A stretch of 43,927 bases of DNA from a virus (lineage: Duplodnaviria; Caudoviricetes): positions 1 through 43,927 of IMG/VR virus record IMGVR_UViG_3300048895_000218. One strand, given 5' to 3'. A program made the position numbers and the translations under genes. Under the pieces are notes generated by a model. That model was not told the DNA's origin and ran no database searches. It saw only the letters and a program-made list of their open reading frames with translations. Shown piece by piece: positions 8,749-16,730 of this stretch. Numbering within the stretch: position 1 is the stretch's first letter; each line of letters opens with the position of its first letter.

Positions 8749-9030
8749 ATGAAACGCCCCTCCCTACTCCTCTCACTTGCCCTGCTAGCGCTTCCCAGCG
8801 TCGCAAGCGCGCGCGCCTACGAGGCGCCGGATGCCTACTGCCACGATCTAGCGGAAGCCGCGTATCAGGCCGCAGTGGCGCGCGGCGATGGCCTGCCGGA
8901 CGGCGCCTACTCGCAAACGCAATCCGATTGCGATGCTGCGGCGTACCGTTGGCATTTGCTGACCGACCCCTCTGTCAGGCTGAACGATTTGATCGCGTTC
9001 GATCAGGAGTCCGACACCTCGGAGTTTTGA
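8749..9030 (+). CDS. Exported protein, 93 aa (Sec signal peptide)
   Basis: MKRPSLLLSLALLALPSVASA; AAAGGAACCCC RBS. Confidence 0.75.
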   Translation: MKRPSLLLSLALLALPSVASARAYEAPDAYCHDLAEAAYQAAVARGDGLPDGAYSQTQSDCDAAAYRWHLLTDPSVRLNDLIAFDQESDTSEF

Positions 9031-9032
9031 GA

Positions 9033-9087
9033 TCTGCCAGTGCGCATCGCCTCCGGCCTTGCGCGCTAGCGGGACCAAAAGAACCCG
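9033..9087 (+). ncRNA. Repeated intergenic structured element, copy A
   Basis: TCTGC-C-AGTGCGCA..TGCGCGCT-A-GCGGG..CCCG; G-U pairs. Confidence 0.6.
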
Positions 9088-9111
9088 AACTAACCCGAAA
9101 GAACCCCAAAA

Positions 9112-9903
9112 ATGCAAATGCAAGTATCGACCTCCTTTGTTCAAGACCAGCGGCACGTTTCCAAATCGGCTCGTTTCGTACCAGTGCAGCCGAGCCAAAT
9201 TGCTACCGTGCTTGCCGACCATGGTCTGTTTCTGAACCATCTTCTGACCAGCAAAGCGCGAAACCCGGATCGCGCTCATCATCAGCAGTCGATTGCGCGC
9301 TACGTCGCACGCGATAGCGCCGACATCGTGCAAGCGCTAGGACGTGAGAGCACGCTCGACCTACTTGTTAAAGCGCCCCACCTAACGGGAGCCATCGAGC
9401 TTCGGTTAGGGTTCTTTCGCGGCGCATGTGCAAATCAATGGAATTCTGGACGGTTGATCGGTTCGGTCAAAATCGCCCATACGGGCAATTGCCTCGAAAT
9501 GCTCAATCAAGCGATTCCCGCGCTAGTCGGCCGGCGCAATGAGCTGATCGGCCAGATTGGCGCCATGTCCGATCGCATGCTCGAAGCTGGAGAGATTGCC
9601 GGCCTAGCGCAAGCGGTCGCAGAAATCCGACTTGGCGCGACTGACCCGGGTTTCTCGCGCGATATCCACGTGGAGGATTTGCTTCGCTTGCGCCGTCGGG
9701 AAGATGCGCCGCCGAACCTGTTTACGGTTGCCAACGTCCTACAGGAAAACGCGCTCCGGTTCGGCATGCGCTACGACTTGCGAGCGAATGAAGGTGGGCA
9801 GGTTCGGCATATGAACACGCGCCCGATCATCGAGACAACGGGAGCGGCCGTTGCAATGACTGGTTCAGTTTGGGAAGCTGCTGCTGCTTTGCTTCGCAAG
9901 TAA
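9112..9903 (+). CDS. DUF932/DUF945-like protein
   Basis: SARFVPVQ, LGFFRGACAN, IAHTG, RREDAPPNLFTVANVLQENA motifs. Confidence 0.75.
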   Translation: MQMQVSTSFVQDQRHVSKSARFVPVQPSQIATVLADHGLFLNHLLTSKARNPDRAHHQQSIARYVARDSADIVQALGRESTLDLLVKAPHLTGAIELRLGFFRGACANQWNSGRLIGSVKIAHTGNCLEMLNQAIPALVGRRNELIGQIGAMSDRMLEAGEIAGLAQAVAEIRLGATDPGFSRDIHVEDLLRLRRREDAPPNLFTVANVLQENALRFGMRYDLRANEGGQVRHMNTRPIIETTGAAVAMTGSVWEAAAALLRK

Positions 9904-9908
9904 CGATC

Positions 9909-9964
9909 CCCGCACACTGCGCGCAATCGGCTGGATTGCGCGCAGTAGCGGGCCCCGTTGCTCG
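9909..9964 (+). ncRNA. Repeated intergenic structured element, copy B
   Basis: CCCGC-AC-[13-bp perfect stem]-A-GCGGG..GCTCG. Confidence 0.7.
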
Positions 9965-9988
9965 AAACCCTAACCAAAAGGAAACCCC

Positions 9989-10345
9989 ATGGCACTACAG
10001 GTCACGCACCATTGCAGCATTTGCGACCGCGAACCGGAAGAAAGCACCGGCTTCTGTCCGATGCATCCGAACGCGAGGCTTGACTCGATTCTTTCGGAAA
10101 CGGAAGCCGAGTCGGAAGCCGAGTCACTCACCGTCGAGACCTTTGATGCGCCGGCTCACTGGGCTAGCGCTTTCGTCAACGGCGACACCTCCGGCCTGGA
10201 ATCGGCCGACTACGAAGCGTTTAAAGCGTTTTGCACCGCCAATGATGAACCGGCCGTTGTCGATTGCGGCGAGCCCTTTATCGGCCGATTTGACGGCCTA
10301 GTGACTGAGCTGTGCACCTATACCTATCATGTGGGGTCCAAATGA
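9989..10345 (+). CDS. Phage hypothetical protein, 118 aa
   Basis: PAHWASAFVNGDTSGL motif; strong RBS. Confidence 0.75.
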   Translation: MALQVTHHCSICDREPEESTGFCPMHPNARLDSILSETEAESEAESLTVETFDAPAHWASAFVNGDTSGLESADYEAFKAFCTANDEPAVVDCGEPFIGRFDGLVTELCTYTYHVGSK

Positions 10346-10503
10346 GCGGCTATCAGCCTTGCGCGTGTCGCGATTGCTTTGAAATTGCGATCGGCGATGA
10401 CAGCGACGAAACGCCGGCCATGTGCCACGCCTGCGAGGCTGCCGGCTGCGAGCTTGAAAGCGAATGCTGCTGCGAGCCTGAGCTAGAGGAGTTCGACGAA
10501 TGA
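10342..10503 (+). CDS. Cys-rich acidic protein, 53 aa
   Basis: ATGA coupling on both sides. Confidence 0.65.
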   Translation: MSGYQPCACRDCFEIAIGDDSDETPAMCHACEAAGCELESECCCEPELEEFDE

Positions 10504-10802
10504 AACGCCGCGCACAGGTTCGAGCCTTTCTTGATGCATTGCGGGCCGGTCCTTACACCTCGATCGGCTGCTATCCGATCTTTTTCCTTATGGCCGATGG
10601 GGGCACGCTGTCACACGCAAGCGCGCGCGAGAACGTCTGGCAGATCGCCCGCGCTACGCGCGACGCTGCCCAAGGCTATCGCACGGGATGGGAATTCGAA
10701 GCCTCGGACATCAACTGGGAAGATCCAGACATGATCTGCGATCACTCTGGCGAGCGCATTGAGTCGGCCTATGCCGAGCCAGAGGAGCCCTCCGACGACT
10801 AG
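10500..10802 (+). CDS. Phage hypothetical protein, 100 aa
   Basis: GCYPIFFLMADGGTL...DINWEDPDMICDHSGERIESAY. Confidence 0.75.
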   Translation: MKRRAQVRAFLDALRAGPYTSIGCYPIFFLMADGGTLSHASARENVWQIARATRDAAQGYRTGWEFEASDINWEDPDMICDHSGERIESAYAEPEEPSDD

Positions 10803-10811
10803 CGAAACCTC

Positions 10812-10866
10812 CCCGCACACTGCACAGCGTTCCGACCCTGTGCAGTAGCGGGCAGCGTTTCGCCCG
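10812..10866 (+). ncRNA. Repeated intergenic structured element, copy C
   Basis: CCCGC-AC-ACTGCACAG..CTGTGCAGT-A-GCGGG..GCCCG. Confidence 0.7.
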
Positions 10867-10887
10867 ACCCTAAAAAGGAAAACCCAA

Positions 10888-11409
10888 GTGTCTGTTATTC
10901 GTCCCCTTGTAGGCCACACCTCTCCAGAAACCGCTTTCTTAATTGCCGACTATCCCTATGGGCGCAAGCTTCGCTGTCAGCGTCGAGTGTGGATCGAACA
11001 TTCGCCGAGCCATGGTTTCCGGTTTTGCGCGCAAACCACGAACCCCAAAAACGGCCGCTGGAACAAGCCGCACAAAAGCACGTACTCCGAGATCGCTATG
11101 GCCCTCTATCTTGATGAGCAAGGCCACGTTCAGAGCATGGCCATCACTCCCACATCAAGCGAAGCGCATGCCCTGACCTTTGCGCGTGCGTTCGGTCGCG
11201 AAGCAGAGGGCGCCGGCATCTTCCGAGTATTCGCAATCAAGCGAGCGCGCTACCTTCAGCAGCTTGCGAGCGGCGAAGCTTACTTTACGATCAACGGCAA
11301 GCGCGACGAGACCTCACCGGCTGAGGCTGCGCGCTGTCTGGAAGAGTCGAAGCAGTGGCTTGAGGTCGCGGAGATTCTAAACCCGGAACGCCTGGGGCAA
11401 TCCGAATGA
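10888..11409 (+). CDS. Phage hypothetical protein, 173 aa
   Basis: DYPYGRKLRC...QTTNPKNGRWNKPHKSTY; strong RBS. Confidence 0.75.
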   Translation: MSVIRPLVGHTSPETAFLIADYPYGRKLRCQRRVWIEHSPSHGFRFCAQTTNPKNGRWNKPHKSTYSEIAMALYLDEQGHVQSMAITPTSSEAHALTFARAFGREAEGAGIFRVFAIKRARYLQQLASGEAYFTINGKRDETSPAEAARCLEESKQWLEVAEILNPERLGQSE

Positions 11410-11615
11410 GCGCCTTCTATCCGGTCCCCAAAGCCCACTACACGATCATCATGGGGCGCCAGCGCTGGACGTTCACCAGCAAGCGCGCAGCCCTAGCGCA
11501 TGCTCGCCAGCTAGGCGGCAAGCGCATTCGGCGCGCCAAAGCCACGCCGCCCCAACTGACCTACTATGCGCTCCCAGACGGCGCGCAGCTCTGCCTCCGC
11601 AAGGACGAACCCTAA
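11406..11615 (+). CDS. Hypothetical protein, 69 aa
   Basis: Coupled. Confidence 0.65.
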   Translation: MSAFYPVPKAHYTIIMGRQRWTFTSKRAALAHARQLGGKRIRRAKATPPQLTYYALPDGAQLCLRKDEP

Positions 11616-11920
11616 TGGCCATGACCCCGCAAGCATTTCTTGCCGCGCATGCGAGCAACCCAGAACGCTGCGATCCAGCTTGTCCCGGATGGTTCATAAA
11701 CTCTGAATCCGGACTAACCAACCGCTGCGATGAATGCTGGTCGCATTACCCGGAGGACGATCAGCCATGCGACGGCGAAGCCGCTGCGGCCCGCGTCGAG
11801 CCTAACACCATCGTTCCGCGCATGCTCTTGACCTCGGGCGAACCCGTTTCGATCGGCATGCTCCAGGAAGCGCTAGCAAAGCTCGGTCTCGCGATCCTGC
11901 CAGTGGAGGAGCTGCCCTAG
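11615..11920 (+). CDS. Hypothetical Cys-containing protein, 101 aa
   Basis: TAATG coupling. Confidence 0.65.
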   Translation: MAMTPQAFLAAHASNPERCDPACPGWFINSESGLTNRCDECWSHYPEDDQPCDGEAAAARVEPNTIVPRMLLTSGEPVSIGMLQEALAKLGLAILPVEELP

Positions 11921-11922
11921 CT

Positions 11923-11975
11923 TCCACACACCGCGCAACGCTTCGGCCTTGCGCGGTAGTGGGCGCTAGAAGCCC
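11923..11975 (+). ncRNA. Repeated intergenic structured element, copy D
   Basis: TCCAC-AC-ACCGCGCAA..cTTCGg..TTGCGCGGT-A-GTGGG..GCCC; compensatory changes. Confidence 0.7.
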
Positions 11976-11991
11976 TCAACAAAGGAACCCC

Positions 11992-12213
11992 ATGACCGCT
12001 CCCACGAAGACCCCGAAAGCGCCGCAAGCGCACAGCATCGCCGACCAATGGCACGAAGTGCAGGAAGCCCAGAAGAAACGCGATCGCCTGCTCGCCGAGC
12101 TGAACACCGCGATCGCCCGCTACGGCTCAGCCGAGACTGAGCTCGGCCTGGCCACCGACCGCTTCGATCGGCTGATGGCACGCGAGCCTGCGCCGGCAGT
12201 GCTGAAGCCGTGA
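11992..12213 (+). CDS. Coiled-coil hypothetical protein, 73 aa
   Basis: AAAGGAACCCC RBS before ATG 11992. Confidence 0.7.
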   Translation: MTAPTKTPKAPQAHSIADQWHEVQEAQKKRDRLLAELNTAIARYGSAETELGLATDRFDRLMAREPAPAVLKP

Positions 12214-12395
12214 CCAAAACCGACTACGAGAACATCGGGAAGCATTTGATCGACGAGTACAAACGCGCGGTCTATTCGATGGTTGAGACGTGTTTCTCGC
12301 AACATATGGCCGAGGAGATGATCGACGCCTATTCGAACGGCGTGCGCGACGGAATGAAAGCGCTACTCACAGCAATCACGCCGTCAAAAGACTAA
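12210..12395 (+). CDS. Hypothetical protein, 61 aa
   Basis: GTGA coupling. Confidence 0.65.
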   Translation: MTKTDYENIGKHLIDEYKRAVYSMVETCFSQHMAEEMIDAYSNGVRDGMKALLTAITPSKD

Positions 12396-12400
12396 GGCTA

Positions 12401-12458
12401 TCCGCCACTGCCCGCGCACCTTGAGCGGTCGCGGGCAGTAGCGGGCACCGTTCGCCCG
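12401..12458 (+). ncRNA. Repeated intergenic structured element, copy E
   Basis: TCCGC-C-ACTGCCCGCG..CGCGGGCAGT-A-GCGGG..GCCCG. Confidence 0.7.
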
Positions 12459-12477
12459 ACCCAGAAGGAAAACCCAA

Positions 12478-12732
12478 ATGAAACAAGCCCTAATTGCCAT
12501 CGCTCTGATCTGCCTGCCGACCCTTGCCAACGCTGCCGACCCGGCGAAACCCGCCAAGACGTTCGCGTGTACGAACTACAACGTCGCCACGACTACCGAC
12601 GGCGCGACCATCGGCATTTGTGGCGCGACCAAGCCAGGCGGCAAGGTCACGTTCCTGCGCAGCTTCCAAATCGTGAAGCTCATCGACCCCACGACCGACA
12701 CCGAAACCACGCTGATGGTTGGCTTTCAGTGA
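12478..12732 (+). CDS. Exported protein, 84 aa (signal peptide)
   Basis: MKQALIAIALICLPTLANA; two Cys in the mature part. Confidence 0.75.
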   Translation: MKQALIAIALICLPTLANAADPAKPAKTFACTNYNVATTTDGATIGICGATKPGGKVTFLRSFQIVKLIDPTTDTETTLMVGFQ

Positions 12733-12917
12733 GCATCACAAAGCGCGCGGCCACCATTGTGGACCAGGCGGGACAGGCCGGCGGGATAGACGAAGTTCAG
12801 CGAATAGCTGAGCTTGGTTGGCCAGACAGCAGCGAGCTCACCAACGACTCGCCCGAGCTGCGAGCTGCCATCAAGGCCGCCGCACGAGAGTTCTTGGATA
12901 CGCTCTCCAAGAATTGA
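12729..12917 (+). CDS. Hypothetical protein, 62 aa
   Basis: GTGA coupling. Confidence 0.6.
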   Translation: MSITKRAATIVDQAGQAGGIDEVQRIAELGWPDSSELTNDSPELRAAIKAAAREFLDTLSKN

Positions 12918-12932
12918 AGCCACCAAATAGGA

Positions 12933-12964
12933 CGCGCCCCGTGGCCTTACAGCGACGGGGCGCG
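12933..12964 (+). terminator. GC-rich hairpin ending the early operon
   Basis: CGCGCCCCGT / ACGGGGCGCG; no U-tract. Confidence 0.4.
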
Positions 12965-13087
12965 GAGACAGGGGGGGGGACACTGTCTGCCCGCAGTTCT
13001 ACAGCAAAACGAGGGGCCCGGAACTATTGCAGATCGCCCCATGTGCGAAATCGCCCAAAGTGAGACGAGGCAAACTTGCATTAGCTG

Positions 13088-13103
13088 GATTAGTTTAGTA
13101 ATC
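13088..13103. promoter_or_regulatory. Putative repressor operator GATTAG-TTTA-GTAATC in a promoter
   Basis: Matches the palindrome at 22658; lies just downstream of a TTGCAT -35-like hexamer. Confidence 0.6.
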
Positions 13104-13135
13104 AATTGGACTTGAGCCAGGGGAGACTGGATTTC

Positions 13136-13510
13136 ATGCCCAAAAAACAAACTAAGAAGCAGTACAAATACCCGGACGCTTTCCGCGAAAAGGCCCTCGC
13201 AACTTGGGAGAAGCTGCGAGCGCAGGGCACGCCGTCGAAGGACGCAGCCAAGGCTGCCGGCGTGGTTGAACAGACTCTATACGTCTGGAAGAACCAGCGG
13301 GACGGCACAGTGCCGCCGAGCCAGAGGCCCAAGACGCGCACCGTGCTCGCCGCGCGCCAGGATGAGCGCCCGCGTGCGCTGGTCGCCAAGCGCGATCGCG
13401 CTTCCGATTCGGAAGTCGCGGAGCTGAAGCGCGAAGTCGAAAGGCTGCGCGAAGAGAACGAGATTCTAAGCCAAACTGTAATGGTGTTCGCAGCGCGACG
13501 GAGGAGTTAA
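13136..13510 (+). CDS. IS3-family OrfA-like HTH/leucine-zipper protein, 124 aa
   Basis: KYPDAFREKAL..AAKAAGVVEQTLYVWK..EVAELKREVERLREENEIL..F; no OrfB follows. Confidence 0.7.
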   Translation: MPKKQTKKQYKYPDAFREKALATWEKLRAQGTPSKDAAKAAGVVEQTLYVWKNQRDGTVPPSQRPKTRTVLAARQDERPRALVAKRDRASDSEVAELKREVERLREENEILSQTVMVFAARRRS

Positions 13511-13512
13511 TC

Positions 13513-14508
13513 ATGATGACCGCAGAGGGGAATCAATGGGACGCGGAACTCAGCAACCAGCAGAAATACAACCGGCTACGACCGAAGAACATCGTAGAGG
13601 TGCGACTGGTCTCGCACGCAGGGGCGGAAGAACGGTGGTTCCGCGCAAAGATTAAGGACACGAACAAGGAAGGCGCCTACTGCCAAATCGTTGACGGGCC
13701 GCATACCCGTTTCTGGCACTGGCGCGAGGTTCGGGTATGCGCTGCGACGACGGGACTCGGAGCCATATCAGCGACGCTTGGAGAGGTAGCGCAGACGCAC
13801 CTTAAGCCGGTCGCTGACCTGCCGCGTAGGGAGCCGATGCCGGCCCCGTCTGCGCTTCGCGCTGCGCTGGTTCCAGTCTCCACGCCAGCGCCAGCTCAGC
13901 TGGTGCGGATCACACACGAACCGAAAGCGCTTGGAGGTGTCCCGATCATGCAATCAGACGAACCCGTCACAGCAGGCGAAATGGTTCGCCGAGCGCGCCA
14001 AGCCGCGGGCCTCACGCAAGACGCGCTAGCCGCCAAGCTTGCGAAGCTGACGGGCGAAAGCGGTCTGACGAACAAGCGCTTAAGCGCGCTGGAAACCGGC
14101 TTCCGTCCACCGACGGAGACGGAGCAGATCGCGATCGTGGAAGCGCTTGGCATCGACCTCGCGCAGCTCCTAGCGGCGTGTGAACGCGATGCCGTGCGAC
14201 GAGAGGAAGAGGCGAAGAAAGCGCGCGCGCGCGAGAACACGCAACGCAGGCGCGCAGAGCGAGCAGCGGCCGCCGGTCGCGAGATTGTACCACGCGCATC
14301 GAAATACCGGCCACGCGAGGCTGCGATCGTGGTCGCCCCTCCTGCCGCCCGGGTATCCAAGCGCGCCCCGGTCGCCCCATCTGGCGCGGGAGACACACTC
14401 GAAGACCTGATCGACGCACTGATTGCGATCGTGCCGATGCCGAGCGATCGGGAAGAGCGGCAAAACTGGTTCCGCTGCGCGCGTGAATTGTTCGCGCTGT
14501 CGAGGTAG
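13513..14508 (+). CDS. XRE-HTH protein with N-terminal Tudor/Agenet-like domain
   Basis: VRRARQAAGLTQDALAAKL..LSALETGFRPP; N-terminal IVEV..WFRAKI..EVRV. Confidence 0.7.
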   Translation: MMTAEGNQWDAELSNQQKYNRLRPKNIVEVRLVSHAGAEERWFRAKIKDTNKEGAYCQIVDGPHTRFWHWREVRVCAATTGLGAISATLGEVAQTHLKPVADLPRREPMPAPSALRAALVPVSTPAPAQLVRITHEPKALGGVPIMQSDEPVTAGEMVRRARQAAGLTQDALAAKLAKLTGESGLTNKRLSALETGFRPPTETEQIAIVEALGIDLAQLLAACERDAVRREEEAKKARARENTQRRRAERAAAAGREIVPRASKYRPREAAIVVAPPAARVSKRAPVAPSGAGDTLEDLIDALIAIVPMPSDREERQNWFRCARELFALSR

Positions 14509-14515
14509 GTGAGTC

Positions 14516-15070
14516 ATGGGAAAGGTACTACCGAAACGGCGAACCAATACGATCAAGGAAGCAACGAGCCCGCTCGGTCTCGCGATTCGTAACGCGCGCG
14601 TGGCCAAGCAAATACCGCAGCGAGTAATCGCTGAAGCCCTGGCTTCGAAGTGCGGCGGCGAGCCGACGAACGTTCGTGTGAGCTGCTTTGAGCTGGACCG
14701 AAAGCTGCCGAGCGACGCAGAGCTAACGGTGCTCGCTCAAATGCTCGGGCTGAGCGTAGTCAGCCTGCGCGAGCTGCGCGAGGCTAGCCGGCGCGACGTC
14801 AAGAAAGCCAACAAGGAAAGGTACGAGCACCAAGTAGCGACAGGGGTAAAGACCCCATCGTTTCGGATGAAGCCCCGCGGGGAAGCACGCGCGGCCCCGG
14901 CATCCGCAAGGGTGCCCAAGGCCAAAGCGCAAGAGCCCGCAGGCGTGCCGATGCTCGCCGATCTGGTAGAGCAGATCGATGAGATCGCCCCGATGCCTGC
15001 GGACAAGGACGCACGCAAGCGCTGGTTCCACTGCGTGACCATGCTGTCACGCATCGGAGCCGCGTCGTGA
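14516..15070 (+). CDS. XRE-HTH protein, paralog of the upstream gene
   Basis: IRNARVAKQIPQRVIAEAL..VSCFELDRKLPS; shared C-terminal PMP.D...R..WF.C. Confidence 0.75.
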   Translation: MGKVLPKRRTNTIKEATSPLGLAIRNARVAKQIPQRVIAEALASKCGGEPTNVRVSCFELDRKLPSDAELTVLAQMLGLSVVSLRELREASRRDVKKANKERYEHQVATGVKTPSFRMKPRGEARAAPASARVPKAKAQEPAGVPMLADLVEQIDEIAPMPADKDARKRWFHCVTMLSRIGAAS

Positions 15071-15267
15071 GCGGCTGGACGCATCGGTGCTGCGGGGTGT
15101 GCTTCTACAAGCTGCACCCGGAGCGCGAGCCCGTTAGCCTGCTCGGCGACGATGAGGGCGTGTGCTGCGTGTGCGGGGATAAAGCCTATGGGATCTACAT
15201 TCGAGCTGAACCCAACTCGCTCAAGTGCCAGAACAAAGGCCCGGAACACCAGGACAGCGCGCCATGA
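15067..15267 (+). CDS. Cys-rich hypothetical protein, 66 aa
   Basis: CCxxC twice; coupled. Confidence 0.65.
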   Translation: MSGWTHRCCGVCFYKLHPEREPVSLLGDDEGVCCVCGDKAYGIYIRAEPNSLKCQNKGPEHQDSAP

Positions 15268-15491
15268 ATGGCGGGCCCTACGACGGGGAGCTCCACGCCA
15301 CACTGTCCACCACGAACGCGACCTTCGTGTTGCTCCTGGTGTACGGTGGGAACAGGGGCAGCGGGTTTAGCTTGGGAGTCGATGAGAACGCAGTCAGCCC
15401 GAAGATGGTGATGACCATGGTGCCGGCTATGCTGCGCGCGATTGCCGACGGCATCGAGGCAGAGGGCCTACCGAGCGAGCAGGTGAGCTAA
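15264..15491 (+). CDS. Phage hypothetical protein, 75 aa
   Basis: VLLLVYGGNRGSGFS; ATGA coupling. Confidence 0.7.
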   Translation: MNGGPYDGELHATLSTTNATFVLLLVYGGNRGSGFSLGVDENAVSPKMVMTMVPAMLRAIADGIEAEGLPSEQVS

Positions 15492-15727
15492 TGGAGTCGC
15501 TGAGCATCTTCACCGTGTACGAGAACCCTCGGGACTACCCGGGCAGTTTCGTGGTGCGCAGGTTCGAGGTGTCGGCCGACAGCAGCGTGCAGCATGCCGC
15601 GCTTCCTTTGGTCGTGACAGACACGCTCGACGAAGCGCGGGCGGCGATTCGCCGTGCACACCCGGTGGCTGTTTGCATGGCGCGCAACGACGGCGACGAG
15701 CCGCAGATTGTCGAGAGCTGGATATGA
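15491..15727 (+). CDS. Phage hypothetical protein, 78 aa
   Basis: TVYENPRDYPGSFVVRRF..DEPQIVESW. Confidence 0.75.
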   Translation: MESLSIFTVYENPRDYPGSFVVRRFEVSADSSVQHAALPLVVTDTLDEARAAIRRAHPVAVCMARNDGDEPQIVESWI

Positions 15728-16008
15728 GAGCCCTGACCTATTGCTCGTTCGCCGACGGCACCGGATGCAAGGGCATCGTGATCCTGGAGGGCGCGCTCGA
15801 CCCGCTGCAAGCGGCCGTGCGTGCCTGCGAGCTTGGAGTAAACCCGGGCGGCGAGCTGCTAGCGTTCCCACTCAATGACCAGGAGCCCGATGTGTCGGCG
15901 GAGCTTTTCGCGACGATGGCAGCCAACGTGCACCGACTCATCTCGGTAGCGGAGGGGAGAGTCTTGTTCAAGGCGCGCTCTCTCGGAGAGTACCTGGACG
16001 CGAACTGA
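15724..16008 (+). CDS. Hypothetical protein, 94 aa
   Basis: ATGA coupling; MRALTYCSFAD. Confidence 0.7.
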   Translation: MRALTYCSFADGTGCKGIVILEGALDPLQAAVRACELGVNPGGELLAFPLNDQEPDVSAELFATMAANVHRLISVAEGRVLFKARSLGEYLDAN

Positions 16009-16180
16009 GCTTGCGCCATCCACGCTTGCCGCCGACGTGGGTGTACGGGCTTGGTAGGTCGAGGGCCACGCAAATCTTGTTCACAGCTGAGCGCTCAATC
16101 TGAGCGACCAGCGCGTGCGAGATACCGAGCCGGCGCGCCACCTCCCGCTGACTGAGCACGCCTAGTGCGCGGCGGCTCAT
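15968..16180 (-). CDS. Small sigma70 region-4-like HTH protein, 70 aa
   Basis: LSQREVARRLGISHALVAQIERSAVNKI. Confidence 0.65.
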   Translation of the reverse strand: MSRRALGVLSQREVARRLGISHALVAQIERSAVNKICVALDLPSPYTHVGGKRGWRKLSSRPGTLRESAP

Positions 16181-16395
16181 TCCGCGGCCCTCGGCACGAG
16201 CCTCAGCGTGCGCCCCTTGCCGTCCTCCCACGCCACCTCACCCCGTGCGCGCATGGCGTCGAGGTGCTGGGCGACGCAGCTAGGGCTGACCCGCAGCACC
16301 TCCGAAAGCTCACGCAAGCTAGGCGCGAAGCCGTGCGCCTCGGTGCCGATTCGGATGGCCTCCGCAATCTGCGAGCGACGTTCACGCGCGGTCAT
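16177..16395 (-). CDS. Stand-alone LexA DNA-binding domain protein, 72 aa
   Basis: HGFAPSLRELSEVLRVSPSCVAQHLDAMRARGEVAWEDGKGRTL; no peptidase domain. Confidence 0.8.
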   Translation of the reverse strand: MTARERRSQIAEAIRIGTEAHGFAPSLRELSEVLRVSPSCVAQHLDAMRARGEVAWEDGKGRTLRLVPRAAE

Positions 16396-16730
16396 GTTGC
16401 GATCGCCGCCTCGTAGCTGCGCCGTGTGACTAGCTCGATGGGAGGGAGCGGCACGTGCGCCAGCTTGCACCGCGGGCAGCCGGCGAAGGGGCGACGATGC
16501 CCGAGGTCGAAGCACTCGTCGCAGGTCTGACCCGGCAGAAGCGGCGGGCGGTTCATGGCGCGGCGGGCCGCCCGAGCGGCACGGTGCGCCTTCTTCCGGA
16601 CGCGGCAGCACGCCCGGCAGTGCGGGTGGTAGCCGTCCCGCCCGTGGTCGTGACGGCCGAAGTTCTCGCTGTTGAGCGGGAGCTTCCGCTTGCAGGTTCG
16701 GCACTCCCGGCGAACTTGGACGCTGTCCAT
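16392..16730 (-). CDS. Zinc-binding protein, 112 aa
   Basis: CRTC..F..DG..CRAC plus CDEC/CPRC. Confidence 0.7.
   Translation of the reverse strand: MDSVQVRRECRTCKRKLPLNSENFGRHDHGRDGYHPHCRACCRVRKKAHRAARAARRAMNRPPLLPGQTCDECFDLGHRRPFAGCPRCKLAHVPLPPIELVTRRSYEAAIAT

Noticed and set aside
9033-12458. CRISPR array or integron attC sites
   Set aside because: Units are separated by whole genes and vary in sequence, and no cas genes are present. They lack the RYYYAAC/GTTRRRY attC ends, and the integrase is better explained by its own attP.
9033-12458. Intrinsic terminators or a known ribozyme
   Set aside because: No U-tract on the coding strand; I could not match hammerhead, HDV, twister or pistol core sequences by eye.
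13080-14510. Intact IS3 insertion sequence
   Set aside because: No DDE OrfB, frameshift motif, terminal repeats or target duplication seen.
16392-16730. HNH endonuclease
   Set aside because: Has the zinc-binding CxxC pairs often found before HNH domains but no DH/N/H nuclease core.
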